Below, in pieces: positions 55,969 through 64,000 of a stretch of DNA of 64,000 nt. The translations under genes and the position numbers were made by a program. Source of the stretch: a virus. Below the pieces are notes generated by a model. It searched no databases and was not told the origin of the DNA. It was given only the letters and a program-made list of their open reading frames with translations. The stretch lies in the IMG/VR virus record IMGVR_UViG_3300047548_001372, positions 1 to 64,000 of that record, one strand, 5' to 3'. Positions within the stretch are counted from its first letter, which is position 1. The number at the start of each line of letters is the position of its first letter.

Positions 55969-56762
55969 TTACATTACACCACAAAGACTGTCTAGAAATA
56001 CTAAAAACACTACCAAATGCAAGTATTGATGCAGTAATTACCGATCCTCCATATCTTACTACTGATTTACACTTTGATAAAGCGGGTAATGCGTTACCTA
56101 ATCCTCTACAATGGATTCATGAGCTTCTACGAGTAGTTAAACCAAATGGCTATTTAGCACTCTTTTCACCAGTAGAAGTACAAGCACAAGTTGCACAGAT
56201 TTGGTCAATGCGCTTTAGTGGGGCTTGGGTAAAACCAGCTGGCTCTATGCGTACACACTCAGCAAAGAAGCCTATGAACCAATGGGAATTATACTGCGTT
56301 TTTGCTCATCCAAAACATAAAGTATCAGAGTTAACTTGGAATAAAGCAATGTATCCAGCAAAACCATATAAGAAAGTAAAAAGAAACCTTGGTTATAAGC
56401 GTGATGGAAAAGATCAACTAGATCGCTCTGATACTTCTGCTTGGACAAAGGAAGGATATGTAGTAGAAAATAATGGTACAAGGTACTACACTGATACGCT
56501 TTTTGGTGGTCAGAAAGCCTATATGCCAATGGCAGAACGTACTATTCATCCTACACAGAAACCAATTGCAGTAGTAGAAGTACTTGTACAGTGGTTAACG
56601 AATACTGGTGAAACAGTACTTGATCCGTTTATGGGGTCTGGTACTACAGGAGTTGCTGCAAAGAAGTTTGATCGTCAGTTTATTGGTGTGGAATGTAATC
56701 ATGAGTATTTTTGTATTGCGAGAGATCGTATTGAGAGTTATACTGTGCGCGCACAAGAATAA
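55965..56762 (+). CDS. N4-C/N6-A DNA methyltransferase (beta class)
   Basis: TDPPY, HPTQKP, LDPFMGSGTT. Confidence 0.92.
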   Translation: MITLHHKDCLEILKTLPNASIDAVITDPPYLTTDLHFDKAGNALPNPLQWIHELLRVVKPNGYLALFSPVEVQAQVAQIWSMRFSGAWVKPAGSMRTHSAKKPMNQWELYCVFAHPKHKVSELTWNKAMYPAKPYKKVKRNLGYKRDGKDQLDRSDTSAWTKEGYVVENNGTRYYTDTLFGGQKAYMPMAERTIHPTQKPIAVVEVLVQWLTNTGETVLDPFMGSGTTGVAAKKFDRQFIGVECNHEYFCIARDRIESYTVRAQE

Positions 56763-56773
56763 GGGGAAATTAC

Positions 56774-57967
56774 ATGTCAACATTTAGTGATACTATTTTA
56801 GCTCATAAGTATTTAAACAAAGATCTTGGTGAAACATCATGGGATGATGTTGCTCGTCGTGTTGCTTGGGAGGTTGTGGGGAAGAATTATCCGAGGGCTT
56901 ACAAGGAAATCTACCAGATTATTAAAGATAAGAAGTTTATTCCTGGTGGACGTTACCTGTATGCTGCTGGACGTCCGTATCATCAGACACAAAACTGTTT
57001 TGCTGCTGAAACACGTGTTCCATTTTATGAAAATAGTCAATTCTGTGTAAAAACTGCACCAATTAAAGATCTTGTGGGAAAGCCAGATCTAGTGATTATG
57101 ACAACTGATGGCAAGTGGACACAGGCAGAGATTAAGTCATTTGGTGTGCAAAAGCTCTCAAAGATTACACTACAACGACAGATTAACATTTATATGATTT
57201 CTGATGGTGGTACGTTGGAGACGTATGAAGAGAAAGTGATTTATGCCACACCTGGTCATTCTTGGCGTGTGCGGGCTGTAAACACAGATACCAAAGAAGT
57301 AAAGAAGCAAGAAGTACAGACAAAGCATTTGAAGCCTAAGATGGAATTGTGGGATGTATATGATCGCGCACATCGTTGGGCTGTGATGTCTGTAGAAAAG
57401 ACAGATCGCGAAGAGGAAGTATTTTGCGCGGTAGTAGAAAATACTCATGAGTTTGTCATTGAAGGAGATATTCTCACAGGAAACTGTCTACTTCTTGATG
57501 TAGAAGATACTCGTCAAGCATGGGCTGATCTCTCTCGCAGATCGGTAGAAGGTCTTTCTACTGGTGCTGGTATTGGTGTGGTGTATTCAAAGATCCGCCC
57601 AAATGGAAGCCCTATCCGTGGTATGGGTGGTAAGGCTACTGGCCCTATTGCATTGATGCAGATGATCAATGAGCTTGGTAGGCATATTCAGCAGGGTGGA
57701 AGTAGGCGGTCGGCTCTTTGGGCTGGGCTTCACTGGAACCATGCAGATGTTCATGATTTTATTGCATTGAAGAATTGGATTCCTGAAGTGCGTGCGCTAA
57801 AGGAACAAGATTTTAATTTCCCCGCACCAATGGATGGTACGAACATTAGTGTTATTCTTGATGATGATTTCTTCAAAGCATATCATGATACCAATAATCC
57901 ACAACATGTTCATGCGCATGATGTGCATAAGAAGGTTGTGAGGAGTATGCTGAAGACTGGCGAGCCT
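56774..57967 (+). CDS. nrdJ: class II (B12-dependent) ribonucleotide reductase, exon 1 (contains an intein)
   Basis: F.PGGR.LY.AG, GAG.G..YS..RP.G, GG.RR.A; ends TGEP. Confidence 0.88.
56996..57484 (+). mobile_element. mini-intein (163 aa) in the RNR
   Basis: N-terminal CFAAET, block B ATPGHSW, C-terminal V.C..V..tH.Fv...iltGN followed by +1 Cys. Confidence 0.9.
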
Positions 57968-58848
57968 AAATTCTGGGCCATTGTTAAGTAATTAACATTG
58001 TAAACTAATCTAAAAACGGTGAAAATCCTACTGGGAAAACACCGTGCTAATCCGATATGGAAAGCGTAACGACTATGATAGCTAATAAAAAAGAGTTCAC
58101 CAAACTTGTATCGTCGTTTGTGTTGGGTGACGGATATTTGTCTACCACAAAGTCTTACTATCTTGTTGAACAGCGTACTGTAGAGCGTTCGCAATATAAC
58201 AGAAAGAAGAACTCTGCTTATCGGTTAAAGCAGTTAAAAGTTCATCAAGATTATGTGGAGTGGCAAGTATCTATTTTGGAAGAGCTTACATCTGTACACT
58301 TGGTAGTGGTTCCACACAGTGTAGACAGCCGTGGACATAATTCTAATGAAAGATATCAACTGTCTACAAAAACACATCCATTCTACACAGCAATGCGCGA
58401 GCGATTGTATAACAGTGGTGTCAAGCAGTTAGATCCACATTATCTAAAACTGTTTGACTGGCAATCAGCAGCAATTCTGTATATGGATGATGGTTGGATT
58501 GATGTAGAACCAAGGCTAACAAAAGAAACATATGTGCGGGCTAGTATAGCTTCTCACAGTTACACCTATGCAGAAAACCTTTTACTTAAGCAAGTACTAA
58601 AAGAGAAGCTAGGTATTGAGTTTAATGTACGACGTCACAAACAACGATCTGGTGAATACAAGTGGTACTTGGAAGCTAAAAAAGATCACGCAAAGCGGTT
58701 TCTTTCTGGTATAGAAAGATACGTATTTCCAAGTTTTTATTATAAGCTGTCGTATGATTAGCTCCTACTATAGCGTAGGATGGTGATATAGTCTCATCTG
58801 TATGGTAACATGCAGGTATAGTTGGAAACTTCTATACATAAGATTTTG
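57968..58848 (+). ncRNA. group I intron in the RNR gene
   Basis: P1 GCCU|A...UGGGC; P7 GACUA(58071)/UAGUC(58789); ends UUUG; splicing restores TGEP|GF. Confidence 0.88.
58075..58761 (+). CDS. intron-encoded LAGLIDADG homing endonuclease
   Basis: LVSSFVLGDGYL and AAILYMDDG; HPFYT.MRERLY; alternative start at 58057. Confidence 0.9.
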   Translation: MIANKKEFTKLVSSFVLGDGYLSTTKSYYLVEQRTVERSQYNRKKNSAYRLKQLKVHQDYVEWQVSILEELTSVHLVVVPHSVDSRGHNSNERYQLSTKTHPFYTAMRERLYNSGVKQLDPHYLKLFDWQSAAILYMDDGWIDVEPRLTKETYVRASIASHSYTYAENLLLKQVLKEKLGIEFNVRRHKQRSGEYKWYLEAKKDHAKRFLSGIERYVFPSFYYKLSYD

Positions 58849-59760
58849 GGATTTAGCATTGACGTTGGTAAGAATGCAGGTGAGCATCTTCGGAACGCTT
58901 GCACCGAGGTAACAAGTGCTGATGATTCAGATGTCTGTAACATTAGCTCTATCAATCTTGCTCGTATTGAAACACTGGATGAGTTTAAGCATGTAGTCAA
59001 TCTTGCAATGATCTTCCTACTCTGCGGTACCTTATACAGTAAAGTACCATTTGCAGAAGTTGCAGCAACACGTGAGAAGAATAGACGTCTTGGATTAGGT
59101 TTGATGGGCATGCATGAATGGCTTCTTGTGCGCGGGAAGAAGTATGGCCCAGATCCAGAATTAGCCACATGGCTAGAACACTACGCTACATCAACAGACA
59201 TTGCAGCAGGATATGCTGATGAACTTGGTATCAGCCGTTCGGTAAAGACACGGGCTATTGCTCCAACAGGCACCATTAGTATTATTGCAGAAACAACATC
59301 TGGTATCGAACCATTGTTCTGCTCTGCATTTAAGCGCCGATACTTGAAGGGAAATACCTGGCATTACCAATATGTGGTCGATGCAACAGCACAGCGTATT
59401 ATTGAGCGTGGTGTTGATCCTGATAGCATTGAAGACGCATACTCACTGGCAAATGATGTAGAACGTCGATTGGCATTCCAGTCGTTTGTACAGCAGTATG
59501 TTGACCACGGTATTTCTAGTACGATCAATCTTCCTGCTTGGGGAAGTGATTTGAATAACGAAACACGGGTTGACTCATTCGCTGATATGTTGATGAAGTA
59601 CCTTCCAACACTGCGCGGTATTACGACGTATCCTGATGGTGCTCGTGGTGGGCAGCCGTTGGTAGCAGTACCATATCGTGAAGCAGTGAATCAAACTGGT
59701 ACTGAGTTTATTGAGTATGGGAATGAGAATGCGTGTGTAAGTGGGGTGTGTGGGATTTAG
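58849..59760 (+). CDS. nrdJ: class II ribonucleotide reductase, exon 2
   Basis: NACTE radical Cys, VCN..S.NL, RRLGLG, IAPTGTIS, ISSTINLP, C-terminal CxxxxC. Confidence 0.9.
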   Translation, partial: GFSIDVGKNAGEHLRNACTEVTSADDSDVCNISSINLARIETLDEFKHVVNLAMIFLLCGTLYSKVPFAEVAATREKNRRLGLGLMGMHEWLLVRGKKYGPDPELATWLEHYATSTDIAAGYADELGISRSVKTRAIAPTGTISIIAETTSGIEPLFCSAFKRRYLKGNTWHYQYVVDATAQRIIERGVDPDSIEDAYSLANDVERRLAFQSFVQQYVDHGISSTINLPAWGSDLNNETRVDSFADMLMKYLPTLRGITTYPDGARGGQPLVAVPYREAVNQTGTEFIEYGNENACVSGVCGI

Positions 59761-59823
59761 GGTTATACTATTGGCGCACACAGGAATATAACTTGTGTGC
59801 GCCAATTCATACAAGGAAAACCA

Positions 59824-60999
59824 ATGTATACACTACACCACGGAGATTGTTTAGAAGTATTACAAACATTACCAGACAACAGTGTTGATTCTATTGTTAC
59901 TGATCCACCAGCAGGTATTGCATTTATGAATATGCAGTGGGATAAAGATAAAGGTGGAAGAGATGTTTGGATCGCATGGATGGAGAAAGTAGCAAAACAG
60001 TGTTTACGAATTATAAAACCTGGTGGTCATGCACTGGTTTGGTCATTGCCTAGAACTAGCCACTGGACTGGTACTGCATGGGAGAATGCTGGATGGGAGC
60101 CAAGGGATAAGATCTATTTTCTTTTTGGAACAGGTTTTCCAAAAAGTATGAATATTGGAAAGCAGATTGATAAAATGCGCGGGGCTATTAAAATACCAAT
60201 CACAGCACCAGCAACAGAAGAAGCAAAACAATGGGATGGTTGGGGTACAGGATTGAAACCAGCATCAGAAGAATGGTGGCTTTTCAGGAAACCTATTTCT
60301 GAATCAACTATTACAGACAATGTACTTCACTGGGGTACTGGTGGGTTGAATATTGATGGGTGTAGGATTGAACTTGATGATGCCTCCAAAGAGAGGGCTG
60401 GTAAGTTGAAGCAGAGAACTAACAAACCTTCAGGGAGAGGACTTCATCACAATCCTAAATCAGATATTCAAAGAATAAGATTGGATCGAGAGATTGACAC
60501 TTTTAAGTTGTCTGGTCGATGGCCAGCAAATGTAGTGCATGATGGTAGTGATGAAGTGGTGGAGATGTTTCCAGATGTAAAAGCTGGTACTGCTGTAAGA
60601 AAGAATGTAGGAGTATCTGGAGCTGGTTGGAAGTCAGTAGGATATGCAGATACAAAAAATGATGTCTCTTATAATGACTCTGGTTCAGCAGCACGCTTCT
60701 TTTATGGGGCAAAGGCAAGTGTGCGCGATAGGGATGAGGGGTTGAGTAAATCTGATACTACTACTACTCGCGCAAATATTCATCCTACGGTAAAGAGTAC
60801 TGAGTTGATGCGGTATTTGTGTCGTTTAATTACTCCCCCGCACGGAATAGTCCTTGATCCATTTACTGGTAGTGGAAGTACTGGAAAGGGTGCATTGAAA
60901 GAAGGTTTCCAGTTTATTGGTATTGAGATGGATGAAGAGTATGTTACTATTGCCCGCGCAAGGCTGGAGCATGTACTTCAGCAGAAAGGATCTTCATGA
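59824..60999 (+). CDS. N4-C/N6-A DNA methyltransferase
   Basis: TDPPA, GRWPAN, HPTVK, LDPFTGSGSTG; likely start MYTLH. Confidence 0.88.
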   Translation: MYTLHHGDCLEVLQTLPDNSVDSIVTDPPAGIAFMNMQWDKDKGGRDVWIAWMEKVAKQCLRIIKPGGHALVWSLPRTSHWTGTAWENAGWEPRDKIYFLFGTGFPKSMNIGKQIDKMRGAIKIPITAPATEEAKQWDGWGTGLKPASEEWWLFRKPISESTITDNVLHWGTGGLNIDGCRIELDDASKERAGKLKQRTNKPSGRGLHHNPKSDIQRIRLDREIDTFKLSGRWPANVVHDGSDEVVEMFPDVKAGTAVRKNVGVSGAGWKSVGYADTKNDVSYNDSGSAARFFYGAKASVRDRDEGLSKSDTTTTRANIHPTVKSTELMRYLCRLITPPHGIVLDPFTGSGSTGKGALKEGFQFIGIEMDEEYVTIARARLEHVLQQKGSS

Positions 61000-61934
61000 G
61001 CTTTTATGCAGACTTTGAAGATGTGATGATCGTTCCAACGTTTAGCCATCTAACAAGTAGGAAAGATGCAGAACTTACTGTTACGTATAAGTTTCCTTAT
61101 TCAATGTATCCATTTACTGGTGTTCCAATTGTAGCTTCAAATATGGATGGTGTTGGTACTCCTCAGATGGCTGAAGCACTAGCATCACATGGTATGCTTA
61201 CGTGTCTTACAAAGTCATATACAAGCCCCGCACATGGAATACGAACATTTGGCTTACGCGAAGGTATTTCAGCGGTAGAGCAGTATATTCTACAACATAA
61301 TCCAGAAATAATCTGTCTTGATGTAGCAAATGGGTATATGAGTACATTTGTAGACTTTGTACGCAGTGCGCGGAATGTGTATAATGGAACAATCATTGCA
61401 GGAAACGTTGTAACTCCCTCAGGAGTAGAAGCACTAGCCAATGCTGGTGCAGATATTGTAAAAATTGGTATTGGATCTGGGAGCATGTGTACTACCAGGT
61501 TAAAGGCTGGTGTGGGTGTTCCACAACTCACAGCAATTATTACATGCGCTGAAGCACATCTAGGAGTACATCTTATGAGCGATGGAGGATGTAGAAATCC
61601 TGGTGATGTAGTAAAAGCATTTGCTGCTGGTGCATCTTTTGTGATGCTTGGTGGAATGTTTGCAGGTCATACAGAGGGTGGGCATGTGCAAGGAGATCCA
61701 TTCTACGGAATGTCTAGTCATGTGGCTATGGAAAAGCATTATGGTGGTGTTGATGACTATCGTACATCGGAGGGAAGAGTAGCGCTTATCGATCATAAAG
61801 GATCAGTACATGATACAGTGCGTGATATTCTTGGTGGGTTGAGGAGTGGGATGTCATACATCGGCGCACGCACAATTCCAGAGATTAAACAAAAAGCACG
61901 ATTTATTCAAGTTAATCGACAGGTTAATCATTAG
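60996..61934 (+). CDS. guaC: GMP reductase
   Basis: NMDGVG, CLDVANGY, KIGIG.GS.CTTR, SDGGC..PGDV.KAF.AGA, FYGMSS, Y..SEGR. Confidence 0.85.
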   Translation: MSFYADFEDVMIVPTFSHLTSRKDAELTVTYKFPYSMYPFTGVPIVASNMDGVGTPQMAEALASHGMLTCLTKSYTSPAHGIRTFGLREGISAVEQYILQHNPEIICLDVANGYMSTFVDFVRSARNVYNGTIIAGNVVTPSGVEALANAGADIVKIGIGSGSMCTTRLKAGVGVPQLTAIITCAEAHLGVHLMSDGGCRNPGDVVKAFAAGASFVMLGGMFAGHTEGGHVQGDPFYGMSSHVAMEKHYGGVDDYRTSEGRVALIDHKGSVHDTVRDILGGLRSGMSYIGARTIPEIKQKARFIQVNRQVNH

Positions 61935-61944
61935 GAGGCTGTCT

Positions 61945-62169
61945 ATGCCAATGCCTAAACCGCGTCCACGAGAGAATGAGCAGGATTTTATTACACGCTG
62001 TATGGGAAATGATACCATGGTAACTGATTTTCCAGAGAACAATCAGCGTGCTGCGGTGTGCTACCAGCAGTGGAGGGATAGACGTCGTCCACGTAGCCCT
62101 GCTGAAAAGACTGAGGCGAAAGCTCCTTCACGCTTTGATAGTTTGAATACTGGTGAAGTTGATCAATGA
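61945..62169 (+). CDS. small protein with a head-gene-associated motif
   Basis: MP.PKP...E...DFI.RCM......FP...QR.AVCY.QW; TAGGAGG RBS. Confidence 0.7.
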   Translation: MPMPKPRPRENEQDFITRCMGNDTMVTDFPENNQRAAVCYQQWRDRRRPRSPAEKTEAKAPSRFDSLNTGEVDQ

Positions 62170-62183
62170 CAGTAATTTTTGAT

Positions 62184-62224
62184 AAAAAACATCCTCTTAT
62201 ATAGATAGGAGGATGTTTTTTTTT
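62184..62224. terminator. bidirectional terminator
   Basis: aaaaaacatcctc/gaggatgtttttt. Confidence 0.75.
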
Positions 62225-62228
62225 ATTT

Positions 62229-62302
62229 AGTTTGTACATAGTTTACAAGCAGTTTACACCTACTTTACAGATAGTTTACGTATACTTTGTGCAATGTTTA
62301 CC
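62229..62302 (+). repeat. seven 11-bp-phased A(G/C)TTTAC(A) repeats
   Basis: units at 62229, 62240, 62251, 62262, 62273, 62284, 62295. Confidence 0.8.
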
Positions 62303-62313
62303 AAGGATATACT

Positions 62314-63105
62314 ATGGGAAGAAGAAAAATTACTCAAACACAGCAGACACAAGCTCCTCAACCAGCTGTGCGCGTGACAGAAAAAGAAGAAAAACCAACA
62401 CCACCACAATTCAGTACACTTACAAAAGATCAAATTATCGAAGAGTATAAACGATCGTACGACATCGATAACCTAACAACACCAAATGATAGAGCTAATC
62501 TTGATACGATGATTATGAACGCATTAGCTATTCGATCACTACAAGAAAAGCTCTTAGAGTTAGCAGTAGAAAACGTTATTGATAATGCTTCTGATATTAA
62601 ACGCATCAATGACAGTATTCGCGATCTTACACAAACCAATCTTGCTATTGAACGACAGTTAAGTATTGATCGCAAGACAAGAAGGTCAGAATCTGAACAA
62701 TCAGTACTTGAATATATTAACTGGTTAAAAGATGCAGCATCAGAGTTTCTCAGCGATACTCCACGTCTCACAAAGATCTCTTGTAAGCGCTGTAATATTA
62801 TGGTTGGCAGAATTAGCGGTGTGTATGATACCACATTCTTTTCTGCGGAGTTTCAATGTCCACAATGTAAAAAACATATCTATATTCGTAGAGATGAGCG
62901 TGACACATTCTATGACATCAGAGATCCAGATTGGCGTAGAAAGTATCCTATTGAAATTATTCAGCCAAATAACGCTATCCTGGATGCACCGTTGGATACT
63001 GCATTAGTAGAAGATGATGTGGTTATTAGTAATACGGTACAGGATGTTACAGAGTATGAGGATAAGGTAGTTGAGGTTTTTAGTGAGCCGCGCACACAGG
63101 AATAA
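62314..63105 (+). CDS. putative terminase small subunit (with zinc ribbon)
   Basis: directly upstream of terL; helical oligomerisation-like region L.IDRK.R; CxxC..CxxC. Confidence 0.55.
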   Translation: MGRRKITQTQQTQAPQPAVRVTEKEEKPTPPQFSTLTKDQIIEEYKRSYDIDNLTTPNDRANLDTMIMNALAIRSLQEKLLELAVENVIDNASDIKRINDSIRDLTQTNLAIERQLSIDRKTRRSESEQSVLEYINWLKDAASEFLSDTPRLTKISCKRCNIMVGRISGVYDTTFFSAEFQCPQCKKHIYIRRDERDTFYDIRDPDWRRKYPIEIIQPNNAILDAPLDTALVEDDVVISNTVQDVTEYEDKVVEVFSEPRTQE

Positions 63106-63107
63106 CT

Positions 63108-64000
63108 ATGCCTATACGAAAAAAATTAGATGAAAAGGATTTAGATCTTTTAGAAGTACTAGAAGATGAAGTTTGGCTAACTGAGTTTTTACGCAATACA
63201 TCAGACGGTGAACATAACCGTGCACTTTGGCCAGCACAACCATGGAAGTATCGAGACTATCAAAAACAACTACTTACTGATAAATCAAAATACATCTCAC
63301 TTACTGGGGGACGTGCTATTGGTAAGTGTGAGCCTGGTGAAGCAAAGATCCTTACCGTAGGGCGTGGATATATGATGTTGAAAGATCTGGTGAAAGAAAC
63401 ATCATTTCCAGTGTATGCACTAGATCAATACTCTAATCTTGTTCAGCGTAGAGCACGAGTTACACCAGATGACATGGCTCCAGTAAAAAAGATTTATACT
63501 CGTGCGGGGCATTTAATACACGTCACAGCAGAACATCCAATCCTTACACCAGATGGATGGGTAAAAGCAGAAAATATTGATGTAGGATCGTTGGTTGGTG
63601 TATTGACACAAATACCCAACGATATGATCAGTCAAACATTTGCCTGGCATGAATTACGGTTTTTTGGATATATCTTACTAGATCCTCCATTGCGCGAAAG
63701 TACTGTTTTTGTACCAAAGTATAAAAAGATTGGAGAAGAGTTTAAGTACATCTGTTCTCTTTTACCAGTAGATGTATTTCCTCGTGAGAATGGGTTTGGT
63801 GTGCGTAGGATTAAAGGTGGGTATTTTTCTACAATCCGCGCACTTTACAATGATGTAGGTTTTGATGATGACTACGTATTTTCCTTGCGTATGTCAAGTA
63901 TGCCAGAGCTGCTACTGTTAGAATGTAAAGAAAATCTTAAAGTATTTCTTGAAGCGCTGTTTGCTCAATTTGCAGAAGTATCTGCGCGGGAGATTAGTAT
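63108..64000 (+). CDS. terL: terminase large subunit (partial, intein-containing)
   Basis: read manually: R.YQ Q-motif and Walker A GGRAIGK followed by an intein; runs off the window. Confidence 0.85.
   Translation, partial: MPIRKKLDEKDLDLLEVLEDEVWLTEFLRNTSDGEHNRALWPAQPWKYRDYQKQLLTDKSKYISLTGGRAIGKCEPGEAKILTVGRGYMMLKDLVKETSFPVYALDQYSNLVQRRARVTPDDMAPVKKIYTRAGHLIHVTAEHPILTPDGWVKAENIDVGSLVGVLTQIPNDMISQTFAWHELRFFGYILLDPPLRESTVFVPKYKKIGEEFKYICSLLPVDVFPRENGFGVRRIKGGYFSTIRALYNDVGFDDDYVFSLRMSSMPELLLLECKENLKVFLEALFAQFAEVSAREIS
63327..64000 (+). mobile_element. intein in the terminase Walker A with a degenerate LAGLIDADG domain
   Basis: C-EPGEAKI N-terminus, T.EHP.LT..GW block B; HEN motifs read FGYILLDPP and FLEALFAQF. 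Confidence 0.8.

Noticed and set aside
59899-59915. DPPA instead of DPPY in the second methyltransferase, as a sign of inactivation
   Set aside because: The ORF and other motifs are intact and, from recall, this variant occurs in other phage MTases; it cannot be called a pseudogene
54523-61934. 2-aminoadenine (Z-genome) pathway suggested by MazG plus purine genes
   Set aside because: No PurZ or DatZ-like gene is visible in the window
63330-63338. GAGCCT|GG in the terminase intein matching the intron target
   Set aside because: An 8-bp match is expected by chance and no intron is present
1-64000. tRNA/rRNA genes, diversity-generating retroelement, alternative genetic code
   Set aside because: No cloverleaf, reverse transcriptase or adenine-specific TR/VR pair was seen; long genes read through cleanly in the standard code

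Overview
This is a 64-kb fragment of an AT-rich tailed phage, probably a siphovirus and probably lytic. The host is unknown; sigma70-type promoters and AGAAAG(G)-type ribosome-binding sites weakly suggest a Terrabacteria host. Layout: (1) 441-15,700 is an early/host-takeover array of ~35 small minus-strand genes. Nearly every gene is preceded by a copy of a ~70-bp element (TTGACA-N17-TATAAT promoter, a TGTTAG-N5-TGTTAA direct-repeat box, and a co-varying CCGCGCA inverted repeat). The array holds two expanded paralogue families and a probable AcrIII-1-like ring nuclease. (2) 15,969-29,200 encodes replication, recombination and nucleotide genes (ThyX, nucleases, sigma-like protein, RecA, PolA, DnaB, primase, SSB). 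(3) 29,200-52,300 holds a glycosyltransferase and minus-strand virion genes, including a tape measure gene split into two ORFs, a duplicated tail-tube gene with a domain nested inside a domain, and a major capsid gene interrupted by a group I intron. (4) ~53,550-54,130 is a divergent control region. (5) The plus-strand arm carries MazG, two DNA methyltransferases, a class II ribonucleotide reductase with both an intein and a group I intron, GMP reductase, and terminase genes (the large subunit has an intein and runs off the window). A C(C/G)CGCA(C) motif is strongly over-represented across the whole window. Portal and lysis genes, tRNAs and CRISPR arrays were not seen. All product calls come from motif recognition by eye; no database search was run.
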